Assembly (NCBI GenBank): GCA_011605725.1
Contig: JAAOZP010000012.1
Location: 64,001 to 128,000 of the forward strand
Length of the DNA: 64,000 nucleotides
Reading direction: 5' to 3'
Source of the DNA: Nitrososphaerota archaeon
Lineage (GTDB): Archaea; Thermoproteota; EX4484-205; JAAOZP01
The notes below the pieces were generated by a model. That model had not been told where the DNA came from. It was given only the letters and a program-made list of their open reading frames with translations, and did not search any database. The position numbers and the translations under genes were made by a program. Each line of letters starts with the position of its first letter. The stretch's first letter is position 1. This document shows, one piece after another, positions 57,371-64,000 of the stretch.

Positions 57371-58537
57371 TCAACACGCGTCAGGCTTAATCCTGTCTAA
57401 ATGTTTGAAGCGCTCTCTCCTTATCGGATACCTTCCAACCTTTTTAGCGTATTCAACCTCATACTTCAAGCGTTCAGGAGGCACTTTGGCATATGTCTCA
57501 CCGCCATTGTCGAAAACATAGCCGCCGCCGGGTGCAGCATGAAAAATGCATTTCTCAACCTCAAGCTCAATGCTTTCAAAAGATCCGTCTACTAGAACCC
57601 TCCAGTCAGCGTTGCCGTTGAAGAACACTTTCCCCTTAAACGCTTCACTAATTGTTTTAATATTGTTCTCAACACCTACATCAGCCTCCTTTATCCTGTA
57701 AACGTTTACAAGTATGTCTGTTATGTGATCCATGTGTGAATCCATGTGTAAATACCGGTGGTTGGCGCCGTGCCGCTCGTAAAGCCGAAGGTTATAAGGC
57801 ATCGCGAACTCCTCGTACATCCTCCTATTCAAGTAGCCTGAATGATCGTCAGCCAAGCCTAGGCTTCCTGGCCCCGACCCGGAAAGCTCATAATAGTATT
57901 CTTGGAGAACGTTGAAAGCCTCCTCCAGTTTTCGGAAAAGCCTATGCATTTCACTAGGATTCTCATAGAGCCACCGATATAGTTTTCCCGGGCCCAGTAG
58001 AGAGCCGGCTGCTGAAACCGGCGGATGTATCTGGAGCCGGCCTTCGACAGGAAGACCATCATAGTTTTTACGAACAAGCTCCCTGAACTTTTCAAGCTTC
58101 TCATAGTAGGCTTGAACCCCTTTGTGGCGATGCGGGTCCGGAACCTCCAGCTTATCAATATCCTCAAGAGTCTTAATGCGGGGAATTATCCATGGGCTGA
58201 GCCAAGGGTTTCTCTCATCAGGCATTTCAATCTTGCAGTCGAAAACAATGCCTTCAGATACGGCTCCAAGGTCTAGATGCACCCCTATACTTGTTAAATC
58301 ATCTTCAAGCCATTTCAGCCTCCATTTCAATCCTTTCACTTGAGCATCCAGCATTATACTCGTATCGTTATAGTATTCGGCGAAAGTATAGCCAAAAAGC
58401 ATCGCGTAATATGGTCCTCCCAGCCCTATGATAACCGGAACCCTATCAGGCTCCTTAAACTGAGCAGCTTTCTCAACGCGCTTCCTATTCTCCTCCAGGA
58501 GACTCGAATACTTGGCTTTGTTGAAAGGCTCCATCAA
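57371..58537 (-). CDS. URO-D/MtaA-like family protein
   Basis: EPDRVPV, LADD....L...Y.EF..PY, HMDS, GN, PGGG..F. Confidence 0.72.
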   Translation of the reverse strand: MMEPFNKAKYSSLLEENRKRVEKAAQFKEPDRVPVIIGLGGPYYAMLFGYTFAEYYNDTSIMLDAQVKGLKWRLKWLEDDLTSIGVHLDLGAVSEGIVFDCKIEMPDERNPWLSPWIIPRIKTLEDIDKLEVPDPHRHKGVQAYYEKLEKFRELVRKNYDGLPVEGRLQIHPPVSAAGSLLGPGKLYRWLYENPSEMHRLFRKLEEAFNVLQEYYYELSGSGPGSLGLADDHSGYLNRRMYEEFAMPYNLRLYERHGANHRYLHMDSHMDHITDILVNVYRIKEADVGVENNIKTISEAFKGKVFFNGNADWRVLVDGSFESIELEVEKCIFHAAPGGGYVFDNGGETYAKVPPERLKYEVEYAKKVGRYPIRRERFKHLDRIKPDAC

Positions 58538-58670
58538 TGATGTTGAATAAAGCGTCTTTTTAAAATTTAGCTGTTGAAGGAAAACATACTGGGAATGCGG
58601 TAGGCTTGTTTCTCAGTCGCGGCGATGCTCTTAAATACGTCTGGAGGCGAGTGGGAACCGTGACAGGCTG

Positions 58671-60629
58671 ATGAAGGATAGGGTCTTCCCAGTTTTCAAG
58701 AAACCCGGGAAGCTCAGGGTACTTGACGTCCGGCCGTATTCTTGGCATGAACAGATGACAATAACCTGCGCGCAAGGATTGATAAACCGTGTGAAGCCAA
58801 GGGTTTACCTAGTGTTCGACGATTATGTTGACAGACTATGGCTGTCAATCTACGGGAAAAGATACGGAGTGAAGCATGAGGAGGTTAACAATATTTACGA
58901 GCTACTGTCATCCTTTAGAAGGGAAATAGCAGGGTTCGTGGTTTACGATGAGAACATGCTGCATTCTGCAAACGTAGCAATGACGTATGGAAGCATCCAT
59001 AATGCGGTTCCAGCGTCCCCAGGGGTTGCGGAAAAGCTTTCGGAAGCAGGCTTCAGGAAGATAGCTGATTTCAGAGGCAAATGGGGAAATAGGATTGAAG
59101 CCTACGAATGGGCTTTTCAAAACCTGATGCAGCAGTGCAATAAAAGGATTGTTGGAAGCATGTGTGTAGACCCTCCTTTAACATCATTCACGAATAAGCA
59201 TCATGTTAGAGACTATCTCGTTGCAGTGAAAGCATTCTCCTTCGACCTCTCCACTAAGATTAGGGACCGCCGTGAAGTAGAATTGTTCGACAGGATACTT
59301 AGCTCTTTCGACTCGCTAGGAGTGGTTTTAGGATGGCACTGCATCAGGGACCTTGAGTCGGAGGCTGTTGCAAGAGCATCTGCAAACGGCTTCTTCGTGC
59401 TTTGCAACCTGCATTCTCCAAACCTGACTGTCCACTCAGGCGTGAAGACCAGTTTCAAGTTTAAACAGAGGCATGTTAAGAAAGTAATGCTGGAGGAAAA
59501 GGTTTACGTGGCCTTCATACAGTCTGATGGAGACGCTGTTTGGGCAATGAACAATTTTCAAAACCTTAACTGGCTTGACAGCCAGAGGGGAAGATTCCCC
59601 TACACATGGGAGATTCAACCCTTGCTGCTGGACCTAGCACCCGGGATTCTGGAACACTATTACAGGACTGCGACTTTAAACGATTATTTTATAGCTGGAC
59701 CTTCGGGAGCAGGCTATACTGCACCCAGTGTTAACAAGCGTCTTGACGAGTTCCTTGAGCACACTAAGAGGTATATGGAGGCATGTGATTTAAGGTCAAT
59801 ATTAATCATGAACCGTAACCCCCGGGTGGCCTACCAGGAGCTTGAAGACCCTAAGGTTTCTGAGGCTTTTGCTAAAAAGCTTGAAAACTGTTACGGGTTT
59901 CTGCATGGCTACTCAGGATCGGCTTTCGAGCCAGCGTTCTTCTTTAACAGTAAGCCGTATTTTCACACAACGCTCTACGCCTCCGCTTCAACAGATATTT
60001 TGAAAGAGCTGAAGCGGCTTGTGGAAGACTGCGAAACACGACCATTATTCGTCTCAATCCACGTTAGAGAAGAGGTTAAAATGCCAGTCTTACGCAGCGT
60101 GATAGAGAAGCTTGACAGTGAAACATATAGGGTTGTGAAAATGGATGAGTTCATGCTTACCTTGAAAAAGGCTTATGAAAAAGGCCTGTTTAAACAGGGC
60201 TTTTCAGAATCAGCCAGGGAATCTCTTAGGGAAAACGGTAAAACAATTTGGGAAACATACCACCGAAGAGTTGAACGCTTGGAGAGGCTTGTCGAAATGG
60301 ATGAGCAAAGAATGCTGGCGGAGTACAACTCGGACGGATACGGTTTCACCGTAGAGGAGTTGCCGGATCTTCTGGCTTACGATGCGGTTGAGATAGCACT
60401 ACGGCTTGTTCAGGCAGCGTTAAACATGAAGGGTGTTTACGTGAATAATGTTGAGAAGAGCGTTAAGGACTTTCTGAAGGAGTATAGCGAGCTTCCAGGC
60501 GCCCAGATTGTTGAAACAGTTTTCGAAACCTGGAGGAACTGGGAGAGAACCAGGAGTAGCATGGAGGAAGCAAGGACACTGGCGAGAAGAGTAGTTGGGT
60601 TTGCGAAGGCTCTTGAGGAGAAAATTTAG
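58671..60629 (+). CDS. GxGYxYP family putative glycoside hydrolase
   Basis: QGLINR..P..YL, NLTVHSG, SDGD, W.D..RG, GPSGAGYTAP. Confidence 0.8.
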   Translation: MKDRVFPVFKKPGKLRVLDVRPYSWHEQMTITCAQGLINRVKPRVYLVFDDYVDRLWLSIYGKRYGVKHEEVNNIYELLSSFRREIAGFVVYDENMLHSANVAMTYGSIHNAVPASPGVAEKLSEAGFRKIADFRGKWGNRIEAYEWAFQNLMQQCNKRIVGSMCVDPPLTSFTNKHHVRDYLVAVKAFSFDLSTKIRDRREVELFDRILSSFDSLGVVLGWHCIRDLESEAVARASANGFFVLCNLHSPNLTVHSGVKTSFKFKQRHVKKVMLEEKVYVAFIQSDGDAVWAMNNFQNLNWLDSQRGRFPYTWEIQPLLLDLAPGILEHYYRTATLNDYFIAGPSGAGYTAPSVNKRLDEFLEHTKRYMEACDLRSILIMNRNPRVAYQELEDPKVSEAFAKKLENCYGFLHGYSGSAFEPAFFFNSKPYFHTTLYASASTDILKELKRLVEDCETRPLFVSIHVREEVKMPVLRSVIEKLDSETYRVVKMDEFMLTLKKAYEKGLFKQGFSESARESLRENGKTIWETYHRRVERLERLVEMDEQRMLAEYNSDGYGFTVEELPDLLAYDAVEIALRLVQAALNMKGVYVNNVEKSVKDFLKEYSELPGAQIVETVFETWRNWERTRSSMEEARTLARRVVGFAKALEEKI

Positions 60630-60634
60630 AAGCT

Positions 60635-61018
60635 TCAGCATGCTAGAAGCAAAGCGATAGCTATCGCAACGTCACTCGTCCTATCATGGCTTAAGCTGAT
60701 TAAAACTCTTCTAGCACCCTTCTCGCGGAGAAGATTGAGAAGCGGTTCACTCATAACTATTCTGACCTCCGAGTTGACCGTTTCAGTCTCAACACCCCTC
60801 CACCCTAGCCGGCTTCTGCTAGCATGACCTATGGCTTTGAAAACCGCCTCTTTGGCTGCAAACCTTGCGGCTAGCTTCTCGTAGGGACAGCCCGATTGAA
60901 AACAGTATTCAATCTCCCTATCTGTGAAAACCCTTTTTAGAAAACGTTCACCGCCCTTCTCTATAGCCTTCTTAACCCTGTTTATCGAAACAGCATCAAC
61001 GCCAACCCCGGTTATCAA
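60635..61018 (-). CDS. acpS: Holo-ACP synthase (AcpS-type 4'-phosphopantetheinyl transferase)
   Basis: GVGVD.V...R, RF..RVFT..E..YC, LAARFAAKEA..KA.G, ISLSH. Confidence 0.92.
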   Translation of the reverse strand: MITGVGVDAVSINRVKKAIEKGGERFLKRVFTDREIEYCFQSGCPYEKLAARFAAKEAVFKAIGHASRSRLGWRGVETETVNSEVRIVMSEPLLNLLREKGARRVLISLSHDRTSDVAIAIALLLAC

Positions 61019-61032
61019 GCCTATCTGAAAGT

Positions 61033-61278
61033 TCAGCAGCCTGCTTGAGCCAGCTTCCTCTTTATGTATTCAACAACCTGACCCACTGTCTGGTTTTTCT
61101 CAGCCTCCTCCTCAGGAATCTCCAGGTTGAAAGCCTCTTCGAAGGCTGCGATCAGCTCAACAGTATCTATTGACTCAGCCATAAGGTCGTCCACGAGAGA
61201 AGTGTCGTCCTTCAAGCTTTCAACACTAACACGGAAGTGTTCAGCTATAATCTTCTTAACCTTCTCCTCAACCGACAT
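61033..61278 (-). CDS. acpP: Acyl carrier protein
   Basis: EEKVKKIIAEH..DDLMAESIDTVEL..AFEE.F..EIP.EEAEK..TV..VEYI aligns by eye with bacterial AcpP; Ser36 attachment site. Confidence 0.9.
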   Translation of the reverse strand: MSVEEKVKKIIAEHFRVSVESLKDDTSLVDDLMAESIDTVELIAAFEEAFNLEIPEEEAEKNQTVGQVVEYIKRKLAQAGC

Positions 61279-61279
61279 T

Positions 61280-62560
61280 CTACATACCTCCTCGCTCCAT
61301 TCTCATCTCCGCCTTCCTTATTAAAGTTTCCCTCTCCTCTCTAGTGTCCTGATATATTTTCTCAAGCATCCTGACGTAGCTCTCCGACATTACGACAGAC
61401 CTTCTCGACATGACTCTCTTCTCCGCTTCAACAGTCCTTCTGAAGCCAGCACCCCTTCTCAACCTTCCTTCAGCATACCAAGAGAAGCTTGGAATATACT
61501 TGGGAAGAACCTCCCCGCCTAGGAGGACGCATGCTACTCCGACAACGGTTCCAGTGTTCAGCAGGCAACCTATGCCGAACTTCGTATGGTCTCCTATGAA
61601 GCTGCCAACCTTCAGGTCACCAGTATCCATTAACCTACCTTTCACGTAGACGTCGACATTACTGTAATCATTCTTAAGATCACTATTAGTAGTCAGGGCG
61701 CCGATGTTAACCCATTCACCAACGTAAGCATGGCCCAGGAAACCAGTGTGATACTTGTTAGAATAACCGTGGATGATGCTTGCCTCAACCTCTCCCCCAA
61801 CCCTGCAGACAGGCCCTATCGTTGTCTCCTCCCTTATGTTTCCACGGACAATCCAAGTATTCCTCCCAATGTAGCAGGGTCCTTCGACACGGCTGAACGG
61901 ATATATGCGTGCATCCTCGTCAACTATTATTGGGCCGGAGCTAGTGTCTAGAACAACGAAAGGATGTATAACTGCATTTTTACTAACGTGAAGCATACTC
62001 TTTTCTCCGACGACAGCAACCTTCTCGTCTAAGGATCCAGCCCCCTCCTGCTTAGACCAGTATGCTTCAAAATCCTCCTTCAGCATTTCGTGATTATACT
62101 GGATAAGGTGCCACGGGTATTCTACCATCCGGGCGTCAACCTGCTTAACGCTCAGCTCAGACCTAAGATTCTCAACAGTCTTCTGAAAAGTATCTGAAAG
62201 TTTTCTTCTAACTGTTTCCCTCTTGACGTGAATATATACTATATCATCCTTGCACATCGCGATGACCTCGTCTTTCTCAAACGGGAGATGGCCGTGCTCA
62301 GGAAGCCACCTACCGTTAACCAGAATAGCATCATCCCTACTCAGATCCTGAAGGCTGTTCACAACAACGTCTCCAAGCCTTTCTCTCAGAACAGGAGCCA
62401 AATAGTCCCTTAGGAAGAAAGAGGTCTCGACACCGGGATGAGTCCTCCTGATTCTTTCAACAAGCGTCATCGACCCGCATCTCAGCTCGAAAGTAGCTCT
62501 TGTAAGCGTCAACGGGTAGAGAAGGTCATACTTCTCATCCTCGAACACGCAGACCTTCAA
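61280..62560 (-). CDS. GlmU-related protein: degenerate nucleotidyltransferase N-domain plus left-handed beta-helix acyltransferase
   Basis: LYPLTLTR..FELRCG without the GxGxR motif; hexapeptide repeats; SNKYH.GFLGH.Y.GEWVN.GA.T.NSDLKN. Confidence 0.8.
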   Translation of the reverse strand: MKVCVFEDEKYDLLYPLTLTRATFELRCGSMTLVERIRRTHPGVETSFFLRDYLAPVLRERLGDVVVNSLQDLSRDDAILVNGRWLPEHGHLPFEKDEVIAMCKDDIVYIHVKRETVRRKLSDTFQKTVENLRSELSVKQVDARMVEYPWHLIQYNHEMLKEDFEAYWSKQEGAGSLDEKVAVVGEKSMLHVSKNAVIHPFVVLDTSSGPIIVDEDARIYPFSRVEGPCYIGRNTWIVRGNIREETTIGPVCRVGGEVEASIIHGYSNKYHTGFLGHAYVGEWVNIGALTTNSDLKNDYSNVDVYVKGRLMDTGDLKVGSFIGDHTKFGIGCLLNTGTVVGVACVLLGGEVLPKYIPSFSWYAEGRLRRGAGFRRTVEAEKRVMSRRSVVMSESYVRMLEKIYQDTREERETLIRKAEMRMERGGM

Positions 62561-62595
62561 TTCGCCTCACCACTGCCACAACATGGGATTCTTTT

Positions 62596-63998
<1,403 letters not shown>

Positions 63999-64000
63999 GT

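Overview
This is a gene-dense, apparently archaeal window. The assignment rests on an ADP-forming acetyl-CoA synthetase, a Trm14-like THUMP methyltransferase, an MtrH-family protein, an archaeal ATPase/DUF234 gene, TATA-type promoters and GGTGA ribosome-binding sites. The gene content would fit an anaerobic heterotrophic Thermoproteota lineage such as Brockarchaeota or Bathyarchaeia; that placement is inference. Main blocks: (1) an accessory start with a tandem winged-helix protein and a free-standing HTH-LAGLIDADG gene; (2) tldD, malic enzyme, DUF488, and a decaying 5.4-8.5 kb segment with four pseudogenes; (3) sugar and glycerol catabolism; (4) a tetrahydrofolate C1 cluster (metF-like, fhs, mtrH/mtgA-like, purN, folD, a 5-formyl-THF cyclo-ligase fused to an ECF S-component-like membrane domain, folC); (5) acdAB and an MNT-HEPN pair; (6) an SPFH/zinc-ribbon membrane operon interrupted by an ATPase gene; (7) a wHTH plus AAA+ ATPase/PD-(D/E)XK-like gene pair; (8) three URO-D/MtaA-family paralogs beside a GxGYxYP protein; (9) a pta-ackA-glmU-like-acpP-acpS operon, which puts a bacterial-type acyl carrier protein system in an archaeal context. 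The most unusual non-genic signal is a recurring A(GC)4-5(T) tract that sits exactly at the breakpoints of truncated or internally deleted genes, suggesting an undescribed deletion or end-joining scar. No rRNA, tRNA, CRISPR array or transposase was recognised. All calls come from motif recognition by eye, not database searches.
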